A stretch of 64,000 nt of DNA from Octopus bimaculoides (taxonomy: Eukaryota): the NCBI RefSeq assembly GCF_001194135.2, contig NC_068982.1, forward strand, positions 83,998,240 to 84,062,239, in the 5' to 3' direction. The notes beneath the pieces are model-generated. The model was not told the DNA's origin and ran no database searches. It saw nothing but the letters and a program-made list of their open reading frames with translations. The position numbers and the translations under genes were made by a program. Positions 35,530 to 48,389 of this stretch are shown one piece after another (position 1 is the stretch's first letter; each line of letters opens with the position of its first letter).

Positions 35530-36440
35530 GAAGAAATAAACAATAATAGATTTCAACTGCCTTTATCTTTAATTGACAAAACTTTAAAAGGTCCACTATA
35601 GTTATAATTCAGTGAATGATGACTGACATCATTACGTACAAATACATGAATCCAAGAATTAATATCAGAAGGAACAAAACTTTTAATATTTTGTAATTTA
35701 CTTGTAAAAGAAGGAACATCAGAAAGAAATCTCTTGAGTCGGGTTACATAATTGTTAATATCTCCATTGAAAGAATTGGTTTCTTCAAACATTTGACCAA
35801 GTAGAGTTAATGTTCCATACAAAAGTTCACTGGTAAAACTTCTAACCAATTGCTAGAATCAGAATAAGTTCTTAAGGAAGATTTCAACTGCCTATGAAAC
35901 CTTTCTATCATGCCGTTAGATTGTGCTTGATGTGAAGTTGTACGAATTCTATGAATTCCCAACAATTTGTTGAATTCTGTGAAAAGTGTAGACTCAAATT
36001 GTCTTCCACAATCTGTCGTCAATGTGTTGGGTATGCTGAATCTAATCTAGACATCCAACTGGTAAATAAAGTTCTTGCTATAGTTACTGCAGATATGTCT
36101 TTGATTGGATAAGCTTCTGGCCATTGCGAAAAAGATCTATGCATGTTAACAAATAAATAATACCTTCCACAGGAGGCAATGGTCCAACTATGTCAATATG
36201 AATGTGTTGGAATCTGGCATCAGGATTTGCAAAAGTACCTAATGGTGCTTTAATGTGATGATTTACTTTTGCTTTTTGGCACTGCTTATACAATTGAACC
36301 CAAGAACAAATATCCTTATTCATACCAGGCCAAACAAAATCGAATTTTAATGAAGCTCCAATACCAGGATGAAATAATTTATGTAAAGTAGAAAAAAAAA
36401 CTTTCTCAGTTTGCTTGAATATATTCCTCATGAACTTTTA
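35530..36440 (-). mobile_element. Gypsy integrase fragment, decayed
   Basis: HKLFHPG..., [45 protein letters not shown]; related to the element at 1-3665. Confidence 0.9.
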
Positions 36441-37157
36441 TATTCCTAGAATTTTTTGTTTATAAAAAAAAAGTTTTGTAATTTTTTTCCAGAGAAATTA
36501 GATTGAACAATTTAATAAACTTTACAAGAAGGCTGTTGTTATTGTAAAACCGTGATGAGCAGTTATTTTCATTTCTTTAACATTGTAAATTTGTGGATTC
36601 TTTGTAAATTTATATATTTGGCTTGCTAAAAGTATTAATTCAAACATTGTATTGAAATACATATGTATTATGATTATTCTTTTTTCGCAAAATTGACAAT
36701 TTTTCTGATGAAGGGCTTATGTAGCAAGTCATAAAAGGCGGCAATATGACGTAATGGGTAGGGAGAGGGGGTGCTGAGTGGTCTAGTATGTAAGAAGCCA
36801 TGTGTAACTGGCACCAGCTGCACCACCCAGCTTAATATGATGGATAATGAAAGCAGTAACTCCAATAATAGCAATAATAATAATAATAATATTAACAACT
36901 ATAGCAAGAATAACAAAAACAACAACAATAATAACCATCATCATAATTTCTACATCTGTTTTCCATGCTAACATGGGATGGGTTGTTTGATCAGAGCTGT
37001 ACCAGGTTCCAGCTTGATTTGGCTTGATGCCCTTCCTAATGCCAACCACTTTACAGAGTGTTGGGTGCATTTTATGTGCTCTGGCACAGGAGAGTAATAG
37101 TAGTCATAATAATAGAACTAGTAATAATAGCCTTACAGATAACCCGTGTAACAAATT

Positions 37158-40100
37158 AATCATCATCATTGTCGTTTAACTTTCCATGCTTGCATTGGTT
37201 GGATGGTTTGACTGAGGCTGCAAAGTTGACTGATCTGGCAAAGTTTCAACAGCTGGATGTCCTTCTTAATGCCAACCACTCTGAGAGTGTAGTGGGTACT
37301 TTTTACATGCCACCGACACGAGGACCAGTCAGGCGGTACAGGCATCAACCACGCTCAAATGGTATTTTTTACGTGCCACTAGCATGGGTGCCAGTCAGGC
37401 GGTACTGGCATCAGCTGCAACAATGACTTCACTTGACTCAACAGGTCTTAGCAAGCACAGTTTATTGTCTAGTGACTGAAGGGTACTCTTAAATGGGCTG
37501 ATTATGCTGCACTGGCATAGGCCACAGTTACGGTCTCACTTGGCTTGCCAGGTCTTCTCATGCACAGCATATCTCAGTCATTTGTTATCGTCTCCGTGAG
37601 GCCCAACATTCAAAGGTCGTGCTTCACCACCTCATCCCAGGTCTTCCAGGATCTACCTCTTCTACAGGTTCCCTCTACCGCTAGGGGGTGACACTTTTTC
37701 ACACATCTGTCCTCATCCATATACAACACATGACCATACCAGCACAGTCATCTCTCTTGCACACCACATCTGATGCTTCTTATGTCCAACTTTTCTCTTA
37801 CACTCTGTCATGTGTGCACACTGACATTTCACATCCAGCAGAGCATACTAGTTTCCTTTCTTGCAAGCTTACGCATGTTCTCAGCAGTCACGGCCCATGT
37901 TTCACTGCCATGTAACATGGCTGTTTGCAAACATGTGTCATACAGTCTACCTTTTACTCTGAGCAAGAGGCCATTTGTCACCAGCAGAGGTGGAGCTCTC
38001 TGAAGTTTGCCCAGACTGTTCTTATTCTAGCAGCTATACTCTCAGAGCATCCCCCCCTACTGACTTGGTAATGGTAATGGAAGCTATCAACTACTTCTAG
38101 TTTTTCTCGCTGGCATGTGATGGAAGTTGTTTCCTGCACATTTTCAGTGTTATCTTCCCAGTTAGCCTTCCTTTGATATTGCTGCATCACTTATGTGTCC
38201 ATAGCTTTCACCGGGTATATCTTACACCTTTTCTACAGATTGAGCAGGGCCATCTACCTGAAGGGATTTCTGATTTGTCTACCTTCCTACTTATTAAGAA
38301 TTCTTCACTATACTCGTTGCCAACCCTCACCTTACTGACAGCATCTCTGTACATGGCTTTGTACAGCTCTCACTATCCCTAGTTTCTGCATTGACCACCA
38401 GATAAGTGATTGGGGGACCCTGTTAAAGGCTTTCTCCATGTCAACTAAAGCCAGGTACAGAGGTTTATCTTTGGCTAGGTATTTCTCTTGTAGCTGTCTT
38501 ACCAGAAATATAGCATCAGTGATGCTTTCCCGTGGCACAACCCCAAATTGCATCTCATCTAAACTAACTCTCTCCCTTGTTAGTTGGGCTAATGATCCTC
38601 TCCATGACTTTCATTACCTGATCCAACAACTAATTTGTATCTAATGCATCACCTTTACCTTTGTAGCAGTTGACTATCATGCTGCTATCACCTGGTTGAC
38701 TATACGGGTGACTAGACTATAGCTGACACCACCTGATATTTTAAGCATCTCTGCAGTGATTCCTGATGGGCCAGGGGCCTTCCCTGTCTTCATACCCTTA
38801 ATTGCTGTATCTACCAAGGTACTGTCAATTCAGGTAGCTGGTCGTTCATTTGGGTTGACATTCAGCAGACTCTGTTTCTCCCATTCATTCTTCTCATTTA
38901 GCAACTTTTCATAGTGGCATCTCCAAGTCTCTCTGTTTGCAGCATCATTAAATGCAAGTGAGCCATCACCCATGCAGACACATTTCTCTCCTATGACATC
39001 ACGATTCTCTCTTACACACTGTCTTGCTACACAAAACACTTCAAGTCTTTGGTCCTCACGATGCAGAACACTGGCAAATTTTTTTTTTATGTGCTTCCCC
39101 TCTAAGTAAATCTGTCTCCTAGCTTCCCTTCTGGCAACCTGATACAATTCCCTGCTACCACTGTTCTTCCAGTCCTTCCATGCCTGTTTCTTTTCCCTAA
39201 TGGTCTTGTCAACTACATCGTTCCATCACCTTGTTGCCTTGGGTCAAGAGGGGACTTTGCACCAGCAATAGATCTGGTCAGTATCCCTCAACAGGTTGTC
39301 CCATAGGAACCTCCAGTTGTTTTCCACCTCTATTTCAGCAAAAGCTTCAAGTAATAAGTCTTTAAATCTCTGTCCATTCAGTGGATCCTTAAGCTTCTAG
39401 ACCCATTTTCTCTATGTTGGTCATCTTCTAGGCATCCATTTAGCCCTGATCCTGAAGTCACTAACTACTAATCTATGTTGTGGGGTGCATTCTTCACCTG
39501 GGAAGGTTTTGGCATTTATAAGTAGCCATCTTTCCCGTTTCCTGGTGAGGATGTAGTCAAATTGATTAGTGTGTCTACCAGACTGATAAGTGAACAGGTG
39601 ACGAGCAGGTTTCCTGAAGTTAGTACTACAAACCATAAGATCATTTACATCACAGAATTCTAGCAGCCTGGTTCCCTCCTCATTGCAGGAACCAAAACTA
39701 TAGCCACCATGTACGCCATGGAAGCCCCCTACATGTTGTCCAGTATGCTCATTGAAGTCACCAGCCACAAAGAGAAGGTCCCTGTTATTCGTCAATGAGG
39801 TAGTCTGCAAGAGGGTGTCATAAAATCAGTCTTTCTGTTCATCAGGTAACCCTGACTGAGGGGCATAAGCCAAGCTAACTGCAGCACTAATCTAATCCTA
39901 AGTATTTTATCACAGACTCTGACTACCTTGACTACCTTATTAACCCATTTCTCTGCAAGAAGTATACCCACGCCCCCGACCCAGTCAGTGTTCCCTACCC
40001 AGAAAATCTTATACCTATGTTCTTTGCCTGTGAGGAACCTAGCAGAACTTCCTCTCCAGCTTACTTCCTGGATGCAGCAACAATCTACACATCTCCATTC

Positions 40101-40270
40101 AAGCCTCTCAACAATCTCACCAGACCTACCTTTCAATGTGCCAACATTAAGTGTGCCAACTCTGAGGGTATGGAAGGTGTAGGCCTGCAAGACCCTGGGA
40201 TGGGGGACAGCAGCGTCATGTACCTGAAAGGAAAGCACGTATTTGGCAAAACTCATAAATATACAATACC
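37158..40270 (-). mobile_element. Near full-length RTE LINE, copy B (decayed, internal deletions)
   Basis: VGTLNVGTLKGRSGEIVERLE...GVGILLAEKWV; VAGDFNEH...NFRKP...DYIL; MQFG..P..S.TDAIFLVRQLQEKY; collinear with copy A. Confidence 0.95.
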
Positions 40271-40649
40271 CTTCAACCTGCATACACTACACCATAATTT
40301 ATGCGCTACATAATCACAGTGTAACAAATTAATAACCACCACAAAATGATTAATAAAAATGGAGATGGGACTATGGATAACCAAGATAACCTTACTGAGA
40401 AAAAGACAGTGAATAATAATACTACTTCTACCAATAATTAATGGTGTGTATAACACTGACAATATTCTACAGTATGAGGGAAATGAATCTGATGGACCAT
40501 CAGTGTATCATATAATATTACTTGATTTGATGTTCCATACTAGGGCGAAAATACCCCATGTTGGTTATGCTTGAAAGAATGTAAACAAATCCTGTTATTA
40601 AATAGACAGAATGAGGTGTTTACCACACATATCCACAGATTCTTCAAAA

Positions 40650-40950
40650 CATTCCAATTTTATCACAAATCTAAATGTAGAACTTTGAATCTCTCAACAC
40701 AAGTCTCACTCACATAAAAACGGATATACATCATATGCTGATTTAATTTAATTCAACTTTTATCACAAATCTAAACATAGTATATTGACTCTTTTAACAC
40801 ACGTTTCAACCACATAAAGTAGATGTACCTCTTACAACTATTAACTTAACCTATATCACAAACCTATATGTAGTACTGAGAATCTCTATAAAAGTCTCAC
40901 CAACATAAAATAAATGTACCTCTAATGCCTAATTAACTCAACTTAAATTA
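40650..40950. repeat. ~100-bp degenerate tandem repeat, about 3 units
   Basis: Recurrent tatcacaaa(t/c)cta(a/t)a...cacataaa...gta(t/c)ctc. Confidence 0.7.
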
Positions 40951-41794
40951 ATCCCTCTAGTCCACCTAACTCATCTCTCACTATGATTATCTTTCAGTAT
41001 ACCTATCTGACATCTTCATTCACTAAACCCTATTCTAAATTTATCACTTTCTTGAACACTGTACAATTCCATAATCCATAATTTTTAATTTCAGTATCTA
41101 TTCTGACTGGAATTACATTACATCCAAAAGGACCCAGCACACTCTGTAAAGTGGTTGGCATTAGAAAGGTTATCCATCTGCAGAAACCGGGCCAAAATGG
41201 ACTATGAAACCAGGTACAACACCTGATTTTGCCAGCTCCTGTCAAATTGTCCAACCCAAGTCAGCATGGAAAATGGTCATTAAATGGTGATGATAATATT
41301 CTCTAGTTTTGGATATTATCTGCTAAGGTACAAAATTCAGGATCTCTCTGTTTTCACTCATTTACAACTTCTACACACACACACACACACCTAAACATAT
41401 GCATACCCTTCATTAAACTTGCGATTAAATATTATCTCCTTATTGTTACAATGGATAATTTCTTTATTCTGGTTATTACACATACCTCAAGTGCACTGAA
41501 TGATATCTGAACCCAATTGTAGTCAGATGATTTATAACTTTTTCTACCCTAACTCTAGAAATTTATATATCTGTCCCTTGGTGTGAGTGTTAGTTTCTGT
41601 CTATTAGTATGACCTTATTTTCTCTGCCTCTTAACCTTCCTCAGTAAACCAAAGTTCTCTACTAAGGTTCTACCTCATTCTCTTTCCAATGTTATATCTC
41701 ATTTGCCCTCTGATGCTGGAATTGATTGCTGCTATAAGAACAGCTACCATTTGTTTTGCACCATGTGCACATTTATTCTTGAAACAACTGTAAG

Positions 41795-42006
41795 GCAGCA
41801 AACTGGCAGAAAGTTTGCATGCCAGGTGAAATGCTTAGCAGTATTTCATCTGTCTTTTATGTTCTGAGTTCAAATTCCACCAAGGTCGACTTTGCCTTTC
41901 ATCCTTTTGAGATCAATAAATTAAGTACCAGTTGCGTACTGGGGGTCAATCTAATCAATTGGCCCCCTTCCCCAAAATTTTGGGCCTTGTGCCTAGAGTA
42001 GAAAAG
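41795..42006 (+). mobile_element. SINE family B with a 20-bp target-site duplication
   Basis: gcagcaaactggcagaa...gttcaaattccac...gtagaaaag flanked by attcttgaaaca(a/g)ctgtaag at 41775-41794 and 42007-42026. Confidence 0.9.
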
Positions 42007-43284
42007 ATTCTTGAAACAGCTGTAAGAAACTCTGCATACCTTATTACTTCCTTTCGTGCTCATGTAACAACTCAGCCATCATGTTTAAAGATATAGATTT
42101 CATAAGTTAACCTGATGCCAGTTGTTTTCCTGTTTATACTTTTATTCTATTATAGATTGATAGCTGACACTTGGTATACATCTGAAACATCTATGTAGAA
42201 ATGGAAACAAACTGGTGAATTTGTAGCAAACATAGCCAAGCATGTAAATGCACACTATCTTGTTTTAAATGAGATATTTTTTCAAAATAATTCATGGATA
42301 GTAATGTTCATAAATCAGTAAAAACTTTTTTCCAAAATATACCTTACTAGTGTATTTTATCATTTGCTGCAGCTTATGAGTCGGGAATTATACTAATTAG
42401 ATATTAAAAAAATAAATGAATTATTATGAAATTCCTCATCCCTTGTGATAGAAGCTGTGTTTAGTTGAATTTAGTGTAATGCTATCCAATACAACTGAAT
42501 TTGTTCTGAGGTTGTGTACTAGAATTCAGCAATAGTCTATTTAGTTACAGTTCTTATGTTACCTATTCATAAAAAAAGTGGAAGGAGCCAAGTGTTATCT
42601 TGATTATGTAGACATGCAATTCTGATGAAGAGATATGATTTACTTTGATTTATTCTCAAATATTTATACTAGTTCTTAACATCACAAAATGAGTTTACTT
42701 TGTACATCTTATTTCCTTTTTATCTATTAATGAGCTGAAGATGAAGTGCAAGAAAGAGTGAAGGCCTGTTTAAATAAGTTTTATAGAAGTATAACCACCC
42801 CACTAAGTCCCATGACATACATCTTATAATGTAAGATATCTATGTAAACCTATAATGCTCTCTAACATAGACTAAGGATACAAAACACAAAGAAATTTTC
42901 ATGACAAAATTTACAATTGGACCAGTCAAAAAATCATGCATTCATTTTTCCCCAAACCAGTTATTGAAGAAGTAATTAAACAAATTTCTTCATAACAAAT
43001 ATTAATTTCAGGTAGCTGTAAAGGTTATAGATGTTATTTATTTTATTATAAATAAAAAGGGAAAACAATATATTTTGTTTTCTATTTGTCATCATTTTAT
43101 CTGTTAATAAATGGCATATGCACAAATTTGAGGTTGATGCCCATCTGTTTCAACATCTGAACAAAAATATTTTAATGAAATTTTGACAATCAGTAATGAT
43201 TACATTTAGATTAAATCAGAAATAAATTTTTTAAAAAGTCATCATTCAACAGCAGAACTGGACATGCCTATTGCTAAAATAGAG

Positions 43285-43964
43285 CTATAAAGGCTGGGAG
43301 TTACATAAAGTTCTTAATGTCATATCTTTATAATTAAACTGTGGAGTTTCCAGTGGAGTAAGTACTTCATCAACATAAGTTTGATACTCATTGGCAGTTG
43401 TTTTCTTGGATTTAATTTCAAGCTTTTTTTCCAGGTTTTCAATTTTAAGACGTAACAGTTCATTTTCTTCTTGGTAACTTTTTTGTAAGGATTGGTAATT
43501 TTCCACTTCTTTTAATAGTAATAAAATATGCTTGCGGAGATCCTCATTTTGAATTTGCAGTTCTTCAATAACTTGTTTGTCATCTTTTGGCATTTTGGTC
43601 ATAACAGGTTGTGCTGGAGCATGAATGCGAAAATTTATACTATCAGATAAAGTATCTAAGTTTTTAGGTGCATGAGACTGGTTTCGACTTATGAGATACT
43701 GAATTAAAGAATCATTTTCTTCAATAGTACGATAAAGAGTGACAATACGGGGTTCAAAATCTGCTTTTGGACTATTTGGTGTACTCTGAGGTAATCCTGA
43801 AGTAGCTGAATGAGAAGGATCTGATTTCTTTAATTCTTCTTGCTGGACATTCTTTTCTTTTTGTCGAATTATTTCTTGTTGTCGATTATGGTGACGATGC
43901 TGTAGTTGGAGTGAATCTTTTGCTTGTTCCGAATTTACTTCAGACATAGCCTCTAATACACACT
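43285..43964 (-). CDS. NRBF2: NRBF2 (nuclear receptor-binding factor 2 / Atg38-like), terminal coding exon
   Basis: Acceptor tattttgcag at 43965. EAMSEVNSEQAKDSLQLQ, NDSLIQYL, KMPKDDKQVIEELQIQNEDLRKHI and LTPLETPQF parallel NRBF2 EAMKLTQSEQAHLSLELQ, PDTLLYLL, KAPKDDKTIIEEQ..IADLKRHV and LPPL, as recalled from the human protein. Confidence 0.9.
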
Positions 43965-44339
43965 CTGCAAAATAAGCCATAAAAATAAATTCATAAGTAA
44001 AAAACAGACAGAAAGGTAAGTATATATGGACATGGATGTAGTTAGAACTTCAATTGTACTGTATTGCATAAATTATTTTCTATCATAAATTGCAATACAA
44101 CAAAGCACTGTGAGGTAGTTTTAAACAAAACTGTAAAAGATATTTAATTAGTGTAATAGCAATATCACCATCATCATCAGTCTTCTCTTCTTCCTCTTAC
44201 TCTCCCCCTTCTTCTCCTATTCTAGGTTTCTCACTTACTACCATGATAACCCACTCCATCCTCTCTCACACAACCCTGAACTTAACATTAAGCTAGCATG
44301 ACTTAGACATTCCATTCTTAACATCTTAGATAAAAACTG

Positions 44340-45120
44340 GCAATGTTTCTACAGCTGGATGCCTTCCAAACGCCAACCATTCCAAGAGTGTAGTGGGTAC
44401 TTTTTATGTGCCACCGACACGCGAGCCAGTTAGGAGGACCTGGCATCGATCACGTTCTGATGGTGTTTTATACATGCCACCAGCATGGGTGCCACTCAGG
44501 GGACACTCGCATCGACCAGGTTTGGATGATGCATTTTACATGCCACTGGAACAGGAGTCAGTCAAGGAGCGCTGGCCACAGCTACAATTTTGGTTTTACT
44601 ACATTCAACAGGTCTTCTCAAGCATATCATATAGCCCAATGCATCAAGGGTACTCATAAATGGGCCGGACATGCAACACTAACATCGGCCATGGCTGTGA
44701 TTTCACTTTAGTTGCCAGGTCTTCTCAATCACAGCATATCTCAGTCTCCTGTCATTGCCTCTGTGAGGCCCGGTGTTCGAAGGTCATGCTTCACCATCTC
44801 ATCCCATGTATTCCTGGGCCTACTTCTTTTGTAGGTTCCTTCCACAGTTAGGGTATAGCACTTGCTCACACAGCTGTCCTCATCCATACGTAACACATGA
44901 CCATGCCAGCACAGTCGTCTCTCTTGCACACCACATTTGATGCTTCTTGTGTCGAACTTTTTTCTGAGAGTACTCTGTCGTGTATGCACACTGACATTAC
45001 ACATCCAGTGGATCATACTAGCTTCATTTCTTTCAAGCCTACGGATGTCCTCAGTAGTCATGGCTTATGTTTCACTGCCGTGTACATGGCAGTTTGCACA
45101 CATGCATCATACAGTCTACC
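44340..45120 (-). mobile_element. RTE LINE 3' fragment
   Basis: RRLERNEASMIHWMC.VS...RRLCWHGHVLRMDEDSCV...RPRNTW, plus the 3' UTR repeats. Confidence 0.9.
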
Positions 45121-45859
45121 TTTCATATATACACACACACATATATATATATATATATACATGTATGTATATATATACATGAATGTATATATATANNNNN
45201 NNNNNNNNNNNNNNNNNNNNNNNNNNNNNNNNNNNNNNNNNNNNNNNNNNNNNNNNNNNNNNNNNNNNNNNNNNNNNNNNNNNNNNNNNNNNNNNNNNNN
45301 NNNNNNNNNNNNNATGTGTATATATGAAAGGTAGAAACAGCTGTAAGACTTTCTACATAAAATATAATTTTACTTATACCATTGATCTCTTTATCTCATT
45401 CTTTTTTATATATACACACGCTAATACACGACCCATGTTATATTCCCCACTCATATTACGACCACATCAGGGGCAAAACTAGTCGGTATACAACACTTAC
45501 TCGGTATTACCTGTATCTTTAGGGTTTGGTTGACTCTATTACCCTGCGTAATCTTTATATATAAATGTATATATATTAGAGATAAAAATCCAAATTTACA
45601 GGTAAAAACACAAATTCAATTTATCAAACATTAAAATTAAATGAAGTTTCACAGTATATAATATATAAATATATAATTTAGAGAAAAGAACCAAACTTCA
45701 TGAACTCATCCATGAAAATCCACAGTCACATATAGAAAAAATTAATAAGTACATACATTATAAAGAAGTATAAAATACAAAGTAAAAATCATAAAATAAT
45801 TATAAAAACGACTATACGTGTTCCATAACCAAATTTTCAAATACAAAATAAAATCAAAT

Positions 45860-45973
45860 CGCATATGTTAAATGAATTCTTTTATTTCCAGCATATGATT
45901 TACCATATGGAAGGTACAATTTGTAATCTTCGATACCTATGTTGGAAATAAAAGAATTCATTTAACATATGCG
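45860..45973. repeat. Short inverted repeat (36-bp arms)
   Basis: cgcatatgttaaatgaattcttttatttccagcata ... tatgttggaaataaaagaattcatttaacatatgcg. Confidence 0.9.
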
Positions 45974-46087
45974 TTTTACTCTATTTANNNNNNNNNNNNN
46001 NNNNNNNNNNNNNNNNNNNNNNNNNNNNNNNNNNNNNNNNNNNNNNNNNNNNNNNNNNNNNNNNNNNNNNNNNNNNNNNNNNNNNNN

Positions 46088-48389
46088 CATCCACAACTGA
46101 CTCATGGTTTAAGAGTTCAGAGAAGTGTTCGATCCAGTGATCTGTGATTTCTGTTGATTTAGTCAACAGGGTGGAAGACTCCTTGGAAAGCAAACGAGCT
46201 CATGTGGAGTTCTTAGGTCCATAAGCTTGCTTTATAAGATGGTAAAGCTTCTCGCTGTCATTTGCATCAGCAGCAGCCTGAACATCACGAGCAAGATCCT
46301 CCCACCAAGTGTTCTGCATCTTCCTGAGAGATCGCTGCAGTAGTGATTTTACACTGTTATAGTGGGCAAGTGCTAGACTTCGCTGCACAGTAGACAGTTC
46401 TCTGTGTAGCAATACACTGTGAGCATGGCACTTTACCACCAATAGTCGCTGAACTTCAGCATCATTCTCATCAAACCTGTCTCTCTGTCTGGCAGTAACA
46501 TATCCCAGGGTTTTGGCTGCACATTGTAGAACCTGGTCTCGAAAATCCTCCCATGCTCCAGCAGTTTCAATGCTGGACAAGCAAGTCTGAAGTTCTTTCC
46601 TAACCACCATATCATATACCTTGTGGACATTTAGACGGCGAGGAATGCTGACTGGTACTCTTCTTTCTTTTACTCTAATTACCATTCGGAACTTTGCTCG
46701 CACAAGACTGTGGTCTGTCCAGCATTCTGATCCATGGAAGGACTTGACATTACAAATGTCATAAATGTCGCGCTTGCTGATGATGACATAATCCAGCAAG
46801 TGCCAAACTTTGGACCTTGGATGCATCCATGTTGTTGTGTGATCACCTTTGTGCATAAAATGAGTGCTTGCGATGTAAAGTCCATGTTCTTCGCAAAGCT
46901 CCAGTAGCATGAGACCATTGCTATTCATTTTCCCTACTCCAAAACGTCCTAGAGAGTTCCATGTTTGCCAGTCTGTTCCAACTCTGGCATTAAAATCCCC
47001 CAGTAGAATGACTTTATCAGAATTGGGAATTTTTCTAAGTATGGCTCTCAAATGGGTATAANNNNNNNNNNNNNNNNNNNNNNNNNNNNNNNNNNNNNNN
47101 TAATCAAAGTAGGTGCATAGGCACTTATTAGAGTAGCAAACCGCTTACCTTTCAAGTGCAACCGTAGTGTCATTATACGTTCATTTATAGGAACAGGGAG
47201 CTCTTCCAACTTCTTAAGGATATCAGATTGGACTGCAAAACCAACACCAGCCTCTCTGCGCTCCTCCTTCTGCCTTCCTTTCCAAAAAAAGGTGTATCCA
47301 CCTCTTACTGCCTCAAGCTGACCATCACCTTCTATACGAGTCTCTGAGAGTGCAGCTATATCAATTTTATAACGGTTCAGCTCACGAGCAACAATTGCAG
47401 TGCGTCTTTCAGGCCTACAATCACTCTTGTTGTGCAACAGACTGCGCACATTCCAACATTAAATGTTTAAGTTCCGTCCAGATTTTATAAATAAAAAACT
47501 CTTTGCTTTTCGAGTGCAGGATGGATATCCATCAGTCACGCTAAACTGACCAGATATGGAAAGACAAGTAATTTTTGGTTCACCTTTTCTAGAACCTCCC
47601 CGGTCTCCGGGTGAGCATTGCCCTCTCCAAATGGAGCTGCTCAGACACCCATGCAGCAACCAAATCTTACCGCTGTCTTGGGTGACAAGGAGACGACTTT
47701 ATATCTAGCATGGGGCACCTACGTGCAGGTCGCTGACTACATGCTTCCAACCTGTCAGGTCTGCATGCTTCACCACCTTCCCATCGCCGCAGGACTTCCG
47801 AATAAAAAAAAAATATATAAAAATAAAATATATACTAAAAATAAGATAAATATATATAGGAAAATAAATAAAAAAAACGCACATGTCGAGCAGAGGTCGG
47901 CAATGCCTGTGCTGAGTTTTAGGTCTAATGAGGCTTGCACAACACTTCATAGACTCTCTCCACCTTACTGACATTATCGAGAGACAAGTTGGAGCAAGAT
48001 GTCTAGTGCCAATATAAGTCGCAGGCTCAGAGATGTGGGAGCGCCATGATCTCTAGCACAAACCAAAGATCACCAAAATGTCCAATGCCATTCCCTGCAT
48101 ATTTGGTTTTATATCAGAGTGACCTTCTCCTAGAGACATGCTTCAACAAAAGCTGAGAAGCGCCTCACTCCCAGTGGTCTTTCAGCACGCCAGACACCAT
48201 CCCGGAATTTCTGCGTACCCGTGCTATTGCTAGATAGCCGTTGAGCCTGCACTAGGTCCATCCGAGTTTTCAACAGGTCTTGTTTTTAATCCTGCTGGGT
48301 TTCTAGCAACCCTCCTCACCAGGGTAGCCCTTGTGGGGGTGCTAGTTTAGTCGCCGGCAACCTGACCATGCAACAGGTTGTACTGGATT
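46088..48389 (-). mobile_element. Second RTE-type LINE family: 5' UTR plus endonuclease region; both ends abut gaps
   Basis: WNVRSL...RPERRTAIVARELNRYKIDIAALSETR..G.GQL...GYTFFWKG; ILLGDFNARVG; TWMHPRSKVWHLLDYVI; SEC.TDH. Long open frames with few lesions. Confidence 0.9.

Noticed and set aside
36700-36750. CTGATGAAGGGCT...AGC hammerhead start (similar isolated CTGATGA at 29381, 42626 and 6716)
   Set aside because: No properly placed GAAA, stem III or stem I, so the motif is too incomplete to call.
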